This document shows, in pieces, positions 39,884-52,077 of a stretch of 64,000 bases of DNA. Position 1 is the stretch's first letter; each line of letters opens with the position of its first letter. Source of the stretch: Scenedesmus sp. PABB004 (taxonomy: Eukaryota); contig JABVCE010000005.1 in NCBI GenBank assembly GCA_014905635.1, positions 1,116,001-1,180,000 of the forward strand. Reading direction: 5' to 3'. The notes beneath the pieces were generated by a model. The model did not search any database. It was given only the letters and a program-made list of their open reading frames with translations, and was not told the origin of the DNA. Both the position numbers and the translations under genes were made by a program.

Positions 39884-42315
39884 ATGCGGCTGGCGATCGG
39901 CGCCGGCGCGCCCGCGCGGGCGGCGCTGGGCCTGGACGACTGGCTGCGCGGCGCCGACACGCCCCTGGCGGTGGCGGCTCACCCCAGCGGGTGCGGCGCC
40001 GGCAGCAGCTGCGCGCGCTGCCCGCTGCCCGCGCCGACGCCCGGCCGCCGCCGCGCGCCGCCGCGCCGCAGCGCGCTGGTGGCGCTCGCGCGTGGCTGCG
40101 CGCTGGCGGTGCTGCCGGTGCTGCCCGGCGGCGGCGGCGAGCGCAAGCGCAGCGGCGCCGGTGGCGCGCCGGCGCGGGAGGGTCAGCACCAGGTCACCGC
40201 GCTCGCGTGGTTTGTGCAGCTGCGGCCGGCGCGCAGCGGCTCGGCGCGGAGCAGCCCCAGCCCGCGGCAGAGCCCGCGGCTGCGGCAGCAGGCGCCGGCG
40301 CCGTGGCAGGGCGGCGGCGGCGCGTCGCCGCTGCCCAGCCCCCGCGCCGACGCGCAGCAGCGGCCGCGCGCCGCGCTCGACGTGGCGCTCTCGCTCGCCG
40401 AGTGCGAGGTGCTGCTGTCGGGCACGGCGGCGGGGCACCTGCAGCTGCACAGCGCCGACGGCTCGCTGCTGTTCCGGCAGCGCCTCGGGCCGGGGCCCGT
40501 GCTCGACATCCTGGTGCGCCCGCACTGCTCAGGTGCGCGGCCGTGCTGGCGGGCCCGGGAGCGCCGCGCCCGCCCGCGCGGCGCGCTGCCCCGCGGCCCG
40601 CCGGCGGCCGAGCCGCCCTCCGCGCCGGCGCGCAGGCCTGTGCAGCAGCGATGCGGGCGAGGAGGTGTGCGTGACCTTTGCCGGTGCCCTGGTCCGCATC
40701 AGCACCCTCGACCTGCGCGCCCAGGCGCGGCCCGCGCGGCTCCTCGGCCTGCGCCGCGCCGCGCCGCGGAGGCTGCGCCCCGCCGACGCGCCGCCCGCCG
40801 CCCGCCCGCCCGCGCGCCTGCGGCACGCGTGCAGATGCGCATGCTGCAGCTGGCGCAGCTGGCGTCCAGCGCGGCCGCGGCGGCGGGCATCGGGCCGCTG
40901 CCGCACGTGCGCTACGAGCTGCCCGCGTCGGTGGGGCCGCGCATGTCGGGGCTCAGCTTTGGCCTGCTGCCAGTCGACCTCTACGCCCTGCTCTCCAGCA
41001 GCGCAGGCAGCAGCAGCGGCGGCCCCGCCACCGCGCTCGGCGCCCGCCCGGGCCGGGCCAAGGTCTCCATCATCACAGGCACGCGCGCGAGAGGAGGGGC
41101 TGGGACGGGCGCGTGTGCACCGGCGCCGGCCTGCACGCAGCCCGCCCGTGCCGCGCCGAGCCTGCGCCGCGCCGCGCCGCGCCGCAGTCGGGCGCGGGCC
41201 GTGCGTCGCGGCGTTCGAGGCGGAGGAGCGCCCGCACCGCGGCGCGCTCGCGGCGCTCGTGGGCATGGCCAGCAGCCTCACGACGAGCGTGGTCGGCGTG
41301 GCCTCCAAGGCGGCGGGGCTCGGACCGTCGGTCGTCTACCACGGTGTGCAGCGGCGGCGGCGCGCGCGCCGCGGGGATTGGCCTGCACGGCGCGGCGCGC
41401 GGCGCGCGACCGCGGGCGCTGTTGCCGCGCGTGCGTCCACGCGCAGGCGTCAAGTCCCTGATGCGCCCCCTCAGCTGGTACTATGGCGCCGGCGGCGTCG
41501 CCGGCGCGCAGGGTGGCGGCGGCAGCGGCGGCGGCGGTGGCGGCGGCGGCGGCGGCGGCGGCGGTGGCGCGGCGCAGGTGGCGGCCGTCGCGTTTGACGA
41601 CCTCGCCGCGCTGCCCAAGCCGGAGCCGCTCACGCTCGCGCGGCAGCTGCGCGACGACGACAGGTGGCCGCGGAGCGGGCGGGGTGGCGCAGCGCCGGCA
41701 GCAAGGGGGATCCGGGGCGCGGCGCGCCGGCGGCTGCGCCGGCCGACGCGCGCCGGCCGCGCTGCTCGCGCCGCAGGGTGCTGGAGGTCCTCGTGCCCGC
41801 GCCCGCGGGCGCGCTGCTGGTCGCGCCGGACAACCTGGGCCGCGTGCTGCTGCTCGACGGCGCGAGCGCGGTCGCGCTGCGCATCTGGAAGGTGCGCGCT
41901 GTGTGTGCTGGGCGCGTGGCCGCGCTGCCGCGCGGCGCGGTCGCCGAGGCGCGCCCGCCGCCTGCCCCCCTCCGCCCGACGCGCGCAGGGCTACCGGGAC
42001 GCGCAGTGCGGCTGGCTGCTGCCGCCGCCGGGGCACCCCGCCGCGCCGCTGGGCGTGCTGCTCGTGCTGTTTGCGCCCAAGCGCCAGGTGCTGGAGGTCT
42101 GGCTGCCGCGCGCGGGGCAGCGCCTCGCGAGCCGGCCCGTGCCCTACCCCTGCCTGCTGCTGCCGGTGGGCCCGCCGTGCGGCGGCTGGGGCAACGCGCC
42201 TGGCGTGCGCGGCTGGCAGGAGGGCTGCGGCGGCGCGACCACCCTCGTGCTCAACGTGGCCACCGGCGAGCTGTGGGACGCCATGGACTGCCTGCTGGCC
42301 GAGGCGGAGGACTGA
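39884..42315 (+). CDS. RAB3GAP2: Rab3 GTPase-activating protein non-catalytic subunit (N-terminal domain type)
   Basis: LRDDDR..PDNLGRVLLLD..LRIWKGYRDAQCGW..LVLFAPKRQVLEVW..GQRL signature of RAB3GAP2_N. Start codon uncertain. Confidence 0.9.
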
Positions 42316-42386
42316 GCGCCGCGTGCCGCCTTGGGTAACACCGTCAGGCGCTGACCGAGCCCCGAGCGCCCGCTGCGCTGCGCTGG

Positions 42387-44313
42387 TCAGCCCAGCGCGC
42401 CCGAGCCGCTGCGGCTGCCGAGGCCCTCGGCCTGGCCCAGCGCCGCCGCGAGGGCCGAGCCCGTCATGCTCCCGCCGCGTGCCGCGCCCGCCATGGCCAG
42501 CAGCGGCGCCGGCGCGGTGGCCAGGCCGAGGGTGGGGCCGAACAGCATGTAGCGCCTGCGCAAGGGGGAGGGAGGGGCGTGCCGGGAGCGTGGGCGCCGG
42601 ATGGTCAGCCGGCCGCGCGCGCACACCCTGCCTGCTGGGGTGCTGCGGCGGCCGGCAGCGAAGGTCAGCCCTGGCGCACCGCAGCAGGCAGAGGTACGCA
42701 TACGTTTCGTCCAGCGGCAGGCCGGCTGCCTCGGGCAGCGACGCGACTGTGCTCTGCAGCGGCCGGAGCACTGACGCGCGCGGCGCGCCGGGCGACGCGG
42801 CGGCGGGGCCCGCCAGCGCGACCGGCGCGCTGGCGGCGTGCGCTGCCCGTGGCGAGGCCGGTGGCGGCAGCCTGCCGACCGCCGCCGCGGCGTGCGGCGA
42901 GCCGGCCTCCTCCCGGGCCGCGCCGCCCGGCGTCCGAGCCGCAGCGCTGGCTGCGGCGGCCGCGCCGGGGCGCGGCAGCGTAAGACCGGGCCGCGAGCGC
43001 GGAGCCGGCCCGCCGGCGCGCCCGCTGCCCTCGCCGCGCCCACCTGCGCCGCCCTTGTCCCTGCTGGGCGGCAGGGTCAGCGCCAGCAGCGCGCCGCGCT
43101 CGGCCGGGTCTGCCAGCAGGCTGCGCGCGACGAGCGGCGACGTGACCGCCTGCGACACCAGCGGCGTGACTGCGACCGACGCGGCCTGCACGCCCAGCGT
43201 CGGCGGCTTCTCGCGGAGCCCCGTGATGAGCTTGGCGTGCAGCGACCGGTTGGCGGTCTCGTGCTTGAGGCTCCACAGCTGCGTCACGGTCAGGCTGTCC
43301 ACGCTGCGCTGCGGGCCGTTGCGCCGCGCGGCAGAGTTGAAGTGCCGCCCCCTGCGCCACGCGCCGGCCGCGGCGGCGGGCAGCCGGCCCGTCGGCACAC
43401 CGCGCCCGGGCCCAGCCGCCTGGCGGCGCGCCCGGCGCCGCGCCTGAACAGCAGCCCCAGCTCCTGCTGGATCGCCGCCCGCTTGCCGACGCGCGCCTCA
43501 AACGCCTCGGCGAGCACCGCCTCCAGCGCGGCGTACAGCGCCTCAAAGAACGTCCTGGCCGGTCACAGCGAGCAGCGGCCGGGTGAGGGGCGAGCCGGGC
43601 CAGCCTGGCTGCAGATCAGCCGCAGCCCACTGGCAGGCCGCGCGCAGCCGGTGCCGCGCCTGTCCTGCTGCGGCTTGGCCCGCGCGCTGTGCGTGAGCAG
43701 CAGCTCGGCGTAGGGCTGGCTGAGCGCCGCGCGCTGCGCCGCCGCCTCGTCGGCGAGCTCCCGCAGCCGCGCCGCGACGTGGGCCGCGCTGAAGCCGTCG
43801 AGCTGGTGCTGCGCGCGCGCGCGCTCGGCGCAGCGCGACAGCGCCTCGTGCTGGAACCTGCGCGTCGAGGTGGGTGCGCACGTGCGCTGTGAGCGTGCGC
43901 GCTCGCAGCGTCCGTGGCGCTGGCGCGCCGCGTGCGCACGTCGCGCAGAGGTAGAGCGCGAGCGCGGTGAGCAGGCGGTCGAAAAGCGCGCTGTTGAAGA
44001 AGCGGACAAAGGCGGGCGCCACGCCCTCCTCGACCGCGCGCAGCACCTTGGCCTTGGCCGCGCCCAGGCTGAAGCTGCGCGCGTGCGCAGGCGGCACTGG
44101 GGCCCAGCGGCTGGGCGCGGCGCGCGGCGCCGGGCGGCAGCGGGCGCGGCGGGGCGGGGCGCGCGCCGCTCACTCAAAGTCGGGCTGCAGCTGCTGGCGG
44201 CGCGCGCTGGCGATGCCGGAGATGGTGCTGCCGGCGACCGACTTGCGCTTCGCGAGCGCCGCGCCGCCCGGCGCCGCCGCAAGCGCCGCGCTGGTGAGCG
44301 CCTGCGCGGCCAT
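42387..44313 (-). CDS. PPP1R36: Protein phosphatase 1 regulatory subunit 36-like
   Basis: YAELLL..QQDRTFFEALY..AFE..IQQELGLLFRGRHFN pattern resembles the PPP1R36 family. Confidence 0.7.
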
Positions 44314-44557
44314 GCGCCCGTTTCTCGCGTCTCGTGGCCGCGCGGGGGCGGGGGGCGCCCTGGCGCGGAGCTGGCCGCCCACGCGCAGCGGCGGCGGCGG
44401 CGGCCGTGCGGCGCTGGAGCGCGCCGGCGTGCTGCTGGGGGCACTGGCGCGCTGTAGGGGTGCCACGTGTGTCGCGGGGTCGCGCGTAGCGTCTGAGAAG
44501 CGCGGCTGCAGCTGCGACACAGCTGTAGCGCGCGGTTGCCCGGTCAACTCCCGGCGC

Positions 44558-46691
44558 TCACTCTGTCGTCGCGTCCCCGCCGGTCGCGGCACGCTCAGCG
44601 CGTTCCTGAACACGTTGGCGGGGTCGTACTGCCGCTTGGCGGCGCGGAGGCGGTCAAAGTTGGGGCCAAAGTAGGACGCCACGCTGTCATCGAGCGAGAC
44701 GTAGCCGTTGTAGTGCCCGCCGCTCGAGAGCGGCGCCAGCGCCGCCTTGCCCGCCGCGATGAACGACCAGACCGCCGCCACGTGGCGCGGGTCGTCCGCG
44801 CTCTCGGGGCGCCCGAAGCCGAAGGAGGAGCCCCACTCTGACGAGCCGGGCGCGCCGGCGGCGGCGTGGGCGGGCGGCGCGGCGCGGCGCGGCGCGGCGG
44901 CGGCGTGGGCGGGCTGCAGCAGCAGCTGCGCCGCAGCCAGCGCCGGCAGCAGGCACGCGGGGGCCGGGCGCACCGAGGTGCATGAGCGTGCCGCGGCGGT
45001 AGGGGAAGGCGTTGAAGTTCGCCGGCACGTCGGCGAGCGCGCCGCCGTAAGCCTTGAACTGAAAGAGCTTCCAGACGCTCCCCGGCGCCTGCACGAGCGC
45101 GACGATCTCCGCCAGCCCTGCCGCGGCCGTGGCGGCGGAGGCGGCGGCGGCGGCGGCGGTCTGTGCAGGCCGCGCGTCGCGCGCGGCTGTGGCGAGCGCG
45201 CCCGCGGCCAGCGCCCCAGCGCGGCGCAGCGGCCGCCGTGGGGTTTAGGCGCGCACCTGTGCGGGGGATGAGTCGGTTGAAGATCGCGCTCTTGTACTTG
45301 CTGGCCTCCCTGACCCGCATGAGCGGCCCGCCCGGCGCGCGCGCGGGGACGGCGACGTTGTCCGCCGGGCACCTCAGCGGCGCCCAGCCGCTGCCCACGA
45401 GCCAGCCGCGCGAGCCGAGCACATCGCACTCGATGTCGACGTAGTCGGCGCCGGGCAGGGCGGCGAGGCCGCTCGCGTTGATGAGGCGGCGCAGCTCGGC
45501 CTTGTCGCCCAGCCAGTAGAGCTTGATGTCGCTGCCGGCGCGGACCACGTTGAACGTCAACGTCAGCCGCCGGTCCGCGCCCGGCGCCCAGCGCTGGAAC
45601 CTGCGCCCGCGGCGGGCGCGCGCGCGCGCGCGTGGGCGGCGGCGGTGGCGGCGGCGCGCGCCCCGTGCGCACGCGGGAGCCCGCGCGCGGCGGCGGCGGC
45701 CCGCGCCTGTCGAGCAGCTCCACCGCGGTGCCGAGGCCGCGGTAGTTGATTCGCGCGACGGTGGCGACCGGGACCTCGATCACCCGCACGGTGACCTCCA
45801 CCAGCACGCCGTACGTCCTGCGGCGGCGCCGCGCGGCACGGAGCGGCGCGGCGGGTCGGGGCGCGCCCGGCGCGGCGCGGCGCGGCGCGGCACGGCGCGC
45901 CTCTCGGCGCGCGCCGAGAGGCGCGCGCGCACCCGCTGCCGCCGCCGCGGAGAGCGAAGAAGAGCTCCGGGTTTTCGGTGGGGCTGGCGGTGAGCAGCCG
46001 GCCGCGCGCGTCGACGACGCGCGCGCTCAGCACGTGGTCGGCCATCATGCCGTGCGCACGCGTGAGCGAGCCGTAGCCGCCCGCCGCGATGAGGCCGGCG
46101 ACGCCGAGCTCAAGCCACACGCTGCCGACGCAGGTCAGGTTGCGCGGCGGCGACGCGGCGGCGCCCGCGCGCGCGATCGTGACGTAGGCGTTGCCCATGC
46201 GCACGCCGCCCTAGGGAGGGGAGGGCAGGGGGAGGGCGGCGCGCGCGTGGGCGACGTTTGCGTGGCAATTGCGCGCGCGGGCGCCGCAGCGAGCGCACCT
46301 GCATGGTCGCGGTCATGCGCGGCACGTCGACCGCCAGCACGGCGCCCATGTTGGCGCTGAGGTCGATGACCAGCGCGCCGTCGCCGGACGAGAGCGCCTC
46401 GAACGAGTTGCCGCCGGCGCGGGGAATGGGCTGCACGCCGGCTCGCACTGCGCAGACCACTGCGGCCTGCACCTGGGGCACGCTGCTCGGCAGGACCACC
46501 GCGGCGGGCGTGTGCAGGCGTGGGATGCGCAGCCCGTTGGCGTACTCGCCGTAATCGGGCGAACCCGGCAGGTGCAGCTCCAGGCCGGGCACGCCCCGCA
46601 AGCAGGCGGTAAGGGTGAGGCGCTGCTGCAGCGGCCCGCCCGCGACGCCGGCGGCGCCCGCCGCCAGCGCGAGCGCCAGCAGCAGCAGCAT
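44558..46691 (-). CDS. Secreted FAD-linked oxidase (berberine bridge enzyme-like); 3' end uncertain
   Basis: Signal peptide MLLLLALALAAG; PAAVVLP..PRAGGNSFEALS; GGYGSLTRAHGMMADHVLSARVV..NPELFFALRGGG; BBE tail YFGPNFDRLRAAKRQYDPANVF. Confidence 0.9.
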
Positions 46692-47113
46692 CTGGACTCT
46701 CGAGCTCGCCACGGGACTCGAGAGCTCGCGCCGGCGAGCACACGGACCGATCTCAGAGCGCACGGACCGATCTCACACACCGAGCTCAGCGGCCGCTGCT
46801 GCCGCCGCGCCGCCGCTCCGCAGGGCGCGCTCCTGGCGCGGCGCGGGTCGCACCAGCAGCGCCGGCGGGGCGGCGAGGTCTCACGCGCAGCAGGCGCGCG
46901 CGCGCTGGCCCGAGCGGAGCGCGGCGCCGCCGCCGTCGTCGCCGCGGCCGCTTGCTCGTTGCTCCAGCGCACCCCGCGAGCGCGTTCACTGGGGCAAACG
47001 CCGCTCCCGCCGCCGCCCCGCTCTCGCAAGCACGCGTCCGCCCCCCGCTGCCTACAGCCCCCGCCCGCCGCACGAGGCAGGACCAGCCGCTCGCTCGCTC
47101 GCCTGCCTAGCGC

Positions 47114-48516
47114 CTAGTCGTCCCACGCCGCGTCGGCGGCGCCCGCGTTGGCCGCGCTGCTCGCGGCGGTCGCCATGTGGGCGTACTTGCCGTCGACCTT
47201 GACCGCCGGCGCGCCACCCGCGCCCGGCACGAGCCCGCCCTCGTCCGCGAGCGCGAGCGTGCTCATCTGGTTGCGGAACTGCGCGGCGAGCTCCTTCTCC
47301 GCCGCGCGCGCCTCCTTGCCCATCGCAAACGCGGTCGTCACGCCCGCCTCGAGCTGCGCGAGCGCGGTCTTGATCTGGTTGACCAGGAACGCGTCGCGGT
47401 CGGTGAAGAAGCTCGTCGCGCGGCCGCGCGTGCCCGCGCGCCCCGTGCGGCCTGCGGCGCGCGGCGCGCGGCGCGCGGCGTGCGCGGGCGCGTGTGTGGG
47501 TGAGCGGCGCGCGCGCACGGCCGCCGCCGCCGCCGGCCTGTGCCTCGCCCCCTTTGCCGCCGCCGCCGCCGCCGGCGACGCAGTGGCCCTGCGCACCGAT
47601 GCGGTGCACGTAGTCCTCAAACGCGCGGGGCAGGTCCATGTTGACGACGTGGCCGATGCCCTTGACGTCGAGGCCGCGGCTCGCGACGTCGGTCGCGACC
47701 AGCACGCGCACCGTGCCCGCGCTGAAGTCCTTCAGCGCCGCCTCGCGCTCGTACTGTGGCGCGGCGGCGCGGCGCGGCGGCGGCGGCGCGGCGGCGGTGA
47801 GCGCCCCGGGCCCCGCGGCGCCCCGCGCGCGCCCGGCGCGCGCGCGGCGCGCAGCTGCGCCGCCGCACCTGCGAGAGGCCGCCGTGCAGCGGCACCGCGG
47901 GCACGCCCTCGGCGGTGAGGCAGTCGGCGACCTCGTTGCACCGGTTTTTGCGCTCCACAAACACGATCGTCAGCGGCATCGGCGGCCCGCCCTCGCGTGT
48001 CGACCGCTCCATCTCGTCCTGCGCGCGCGCGGGCGCTCAGCGCGGCCGCGGGCCCGCGCGGCCACCGCCCGCTGCTGCCGCTGCCGCTGCCGCTGCCGCC
48101 GCCGCCGCCGCCGCCGCTGGCGCCGCCGCACCTGCAGCAGCGCGAGGAGCAGGTCGAGCTTGGAGCCGTCGCTGCAGCGCTCGAGGCTCTGCGCGACGTT
48201 GGCGGTGGGCACGCTCACGCGGCCGATCTTGACCTTGACCGGGTGCTTGAGGTACTGCGCCGCGAGGGCCTCAATCTCCTTGGGCATCGTCGCGCTGAAC
48301 AGCAGCGTCTGGTGCGGGTCCGGCAGGCTCTGCGCGCGCGCGCGCGCGCGGCGGCGGCGGCGGCGCGTGGGCGGCGGCGCGGCGGCGGGCTGCGGGCTGC
48401 GTGCTGCGCGCTGCGCGCGCCCAGCCAGCGGCACCCGCCGGTGTCCCTCCCTCGCCGGCCCTTCCGCCCCTGCCCCGCCGCGCACCTGCAGGACCTCCCT
48501 GATCTGCGGCTCAAAG

Positions 48517-48553
<37 letters not shown>

Positions 48554-49636
48554 CGTAGCTCACGCGCCCCAGGTTGGTGTTGTGCTGCTGCAGGTGGTCG
48601 ATGAAGCGCCCCGGCGTCGCGACGACGATCTCGACGCCGCCCAGCAGCTCGCGGCGCTGCTCCTGCATGGGGTTGCCGCCGACGACGATGCAGGAGCGCA
48701 CGCTGCGGCTGCTGCTGCGGCCAAACGCGCGGATCTCCTTGTCGATCTGCTGCGCGAGCTCCCGCGTCGGCGCGAGCACGAGCGCCATCGGGCCGTCGCC
48801 GCGGCGCAGCGGCGGCTGCTGCAGGCAGTGCTGGATCATGGGGATGCCGAAGCCCGCGGTCTTGCCGCTCCCCGTCTCGGCGCAGCCCAGGATGTCGCGC
48901 CCGCTGCACGCGACGGGGATGCCCTGCGCCTGGATCGGCGTCGGCGTCTCGTACTTGTGGTGCGCGATGTCGGCGAGGATGTTTTCGTGCAGGTTCTGCG
49001 CCGCGCCGCGGGCGAGAGGCGGCGGGCGCGTCGGCGCGGCGCCGCCGCGTCGCGGGCGCGCGGCGGCGCGGCGGCGAGCCGAGCGCGGGCCGCTGTCGGC
49101 GCCGCCGCCGCCGATGGCCGCCGCCGCTCGCCGGCGCGGCCGGGGCGCCGCCGCCACGGCACGAGCAGCAGCAGCAGCGCGCGCCGCGCGGCGGCGGCCG
49201 GCGGCGGCGCGGCCCCGGCCCCGGCGCCGCCCGCGGCGGCGCGGCGCACCATGTCCTTGAACGACTCGATGGGCGGCTGCGCGGGGGGCTGGCCCTCCGG
49301 CACCTGGACGTCGACGTTGAGGCGCTGGCGTATGTCTGCAATCTGCTCCGCCGTCAGCCCCTGCACGCGCGCGCTGGGCGCCCACTTGCCGATCACGGGC
49401 TCCACCATGATGAAGCCCCCGCGCCCCGCGGAGGGCGCCGACGGCGCCGGGCGGCGCGGCGCGGGCTCATCACCCCAGCCGCCCGCGCCACCCCTGCCGC
49501 CGCCCGTGCCGTTGAGCTCGCTGGAGGAGCCGCTCCGGCCGCTGCTGCCCAGGCCGCGGCCGCCATCGCCGGCGCAGGCGGGCGGCGCACCGCCAGCGCT
49601 CCCTCTCAGGTGCGGCGGGACATAGCCTCCCGGCAT
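47114..49636 (-). CDS. DEAD-box RNA helicase (DBP2/DDX5-related clade)
   Basis: Q motif [56 protein letters not shown]-terminus YVPPHLR. Confidence 0.95.
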
Positions 49637-50080
49637 TCGAGCTGCTGGCGGCGCTGGGGAGGGGCTGCGGCTGCGTGGTGCGTGGAAGGGAGGGAGAAGC
49701 GGCCACAGCCGCGCGCGCGGCCGCTCTCGGCACTGGGGTGCGCGCCGCGGCGCTGTTCATCGCGGCCGAAGAACCCGCCGCCCGAACTGCTACGAATGAA
49801 CGCGCCCGCGCGCAGCCCGCCCGCACAACCGATCCACGTCCCCTGTCTCAGCTCGACCGCCTCACGCCCGCTCGCCCTCACTGCACGAGCTGCTGCTGCT
49901 GCTCTCGCCCGAGCTGCTGCTCCAGCCTGCGCCAGCCCGCCGCCCGGCACCCCACACGCCCCCGCCTGCCCACGTCGTCGCCCGCCAGCAGCCCGGCCGC
50001 CGGCGCCCCAGCAGCGCGGCGCGCGACAGCAGCGGCGGCGGCAGCGCGCGCGGGCCGCCGTCGCGGCGCCGGCAGCAGCC

Positions 50081-50808
50081 ATGGGTGCGCCCGGCGCCGG
50101 GCGCGCCGCGGCTGCCGCCAGGGGCCGCACCGGCCGCGCCGGCGGCAGCGCTGCGCTCACCCGGCGGGGCCGCCGCCGCCGCTGCGCACGCCGCTGCTGT
50201 CGCCGCCGAGCAGCGAAGCACCACCCCGACCTGATCATGTGCATGAAGCAGCCGGGCATCGGTGCGGCCCGCCGCGCGCGCCGCGCGGGCGCTGCCGCGC
50301 GGCTGCCGCGCGGCTGGGCCCGGCCGGCGCGCCCGACCCAGCCCCGCCGCGCCCCCGCGCCCGCCCGCCGCCGGCGCAGCCATCGGGCGGCTGTGCGAGA
50401 AGTGCGACGGCAAGTGCCCCATCTGTGACAGCTACGTGCGGCCCGCCACGCTCGTGCGCGTGTGCGACGAGTGCAACTACGGGTCGTACGAGGGCCGCTG
50501 CGTCATCTGCGGCGGCATCGGCGTCTCGGACGCGTACTACTGCAAGGAGTGCACGCTGCAGGAAAAGGACGTGCGAGCCCGCCGCCCGCCGCGCGCGGGC
50601 CGCCGCGATCGGCGGGCTGGCTGGCCGCCGCAGGCGCGCCCGCGCGCCGCGTGCCACGCGCCGCGCGCCGCGCGCCGACCGCCGCCGCCCGTGCCGCGCG
50701 CCGCCGCGCGCCGCGCAGCGAGACGGCTGCCCCAAGATCATCAACCTGGGCAGCGCCAAGACCGACCTGTTCTACGAGCGCAAGAAGTACGGCTTCCGCA
50801 AGACCTAG
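50081..50808 (+). CDS. PHF5A: PHF5A/Rds3 (SF3b subunit); exons 50081-50084, 50214-50261, 50380-50570, 50719-50808
   Basis: [67 protein letters not shown]. Confidence 0.98.
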
Positions 50809-51008
50809 CGGCGGCGGCGCGGCCGGGCGGGCGCGGCCGGGCGAGCGCGGCGGGCGCGACGCGGAGCGGGCTCGCTTTACCCCCCGCGCGCGGCGCGCGC
50901 AGCTGAAACAGCGCTGCAGCGGCGCGCGCGGCGCGGCGCTGCGCTGCGCGGCGACGAAACAAACCCCCTGCCAGGCCCCTGCCGGCGCGCGCTCGCCGCC
51001 GCGCTCCA

Positions 51009-51610
51009 TCAGCCCATGGCCATGAGCTGCTTGATCGCCTCCGGGTGCGCCTTCATGAGCTCCCGCAGCTCCTTCTCGGCCTCCGCGATGGCCTTGTCCG
51101 CGTGCTCGCGCTGCTGCGCAAAGCGCTTGACCTCGTCCTGCGAGGCCTTGATGTCGTCGCGCAGCTCCGACACCACCTCCGGCATCGGCGCCATGAAGTA
51201 GCTGCGGTGGCGGCGGCCGCGGCGGCAGCGCCGTCGGTGGGGCGCTGCCGGCCGCCGCGCGCATGCGTGCGCGCGGGCACGCGCGCGCGCGCGCCGGCGC
51301 CACTCACGCCTTGCCGACTTGCTTGTACATCGGCACGTCCGCGCTCATCTGCGACAGCTCCTCCAGCGTCAGCTCCGCGCGCCGCGCCGTGACCCTGGCG
51401 CGGCCGAGCTGCTGGGCCACCTGGGGGCAGAGAGAGCGGCGGCGGCGACCGGCTCGCGAGCGATCGCCGCCGGCGTTCGAGCGCTACTGCGCCGGCGGGG
51501 GCGCGGCGCGCGTGCGCCCGGGGAACCCCACGAACGTTCTCCGCAAAGGCCACGTTCATCTTGAGCTTGTCCTGCAGCTCCTTGAACGCCGCAATGTCCG
51601 CCTGCGCCAT
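51009..51610 (-). CDS. PFD1: Prefoldin beta-type subunit 1 (3 exons)
   Basis: AFKELQDK..RRAELTLEELSQMSADVPMYKQVGKAYF followed by a coiled coil. Confidence 0.85.
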
Positions 51611-52077
51611 GGCGCCGCGCTGATGGACCCGCGCGCCAGCGGCGACGCCTCAGGCCGCGCGGCTCGCTGCTGCGGTTGGGGACAGGGGGCCAAGGGAGTT
51701 TCGGAACGCGTCGCGCGTCGCGATCGGGGCGCCGGTCGAAGGCCTGCGCGCGCTGGCGACTGGCGGGCTTTCAGCGCAGCGGCGGCGCGCTGGTTGAATG
51801 GTGCGTGGCGAGAGCAGTGAGCGCATGAGACGAGGGGCGGTCAGCGTGGTCAACTGGGCAGCAGCGGCACGTGGTTTTGCGAGCCGCCGGCGCCGCCCGC
51901 TGCCACTGCGCAACCGACCGCCGGCAGCGCAGGACGCAGCCCCTCCGAGCTCCCCCGCCCCACGCTGCTGCCCTCCGCATCTCAGCGCGGCCGCCACAGC
52001 GCGTGCGCGACGCTGGCGCAGCGTTGACCGCGCGAGCCGCGCGCTGCTTCTGAGCGCCGCCATCTGATGTGAGCGCC

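Noticed and set aside
44535..44548. X-box-like palindrome GTTGCCCGGTCAAC upstream of PPP1R36-like
   Set aside because: Imperfect match, and RFX factors are not established in chlorophytes.
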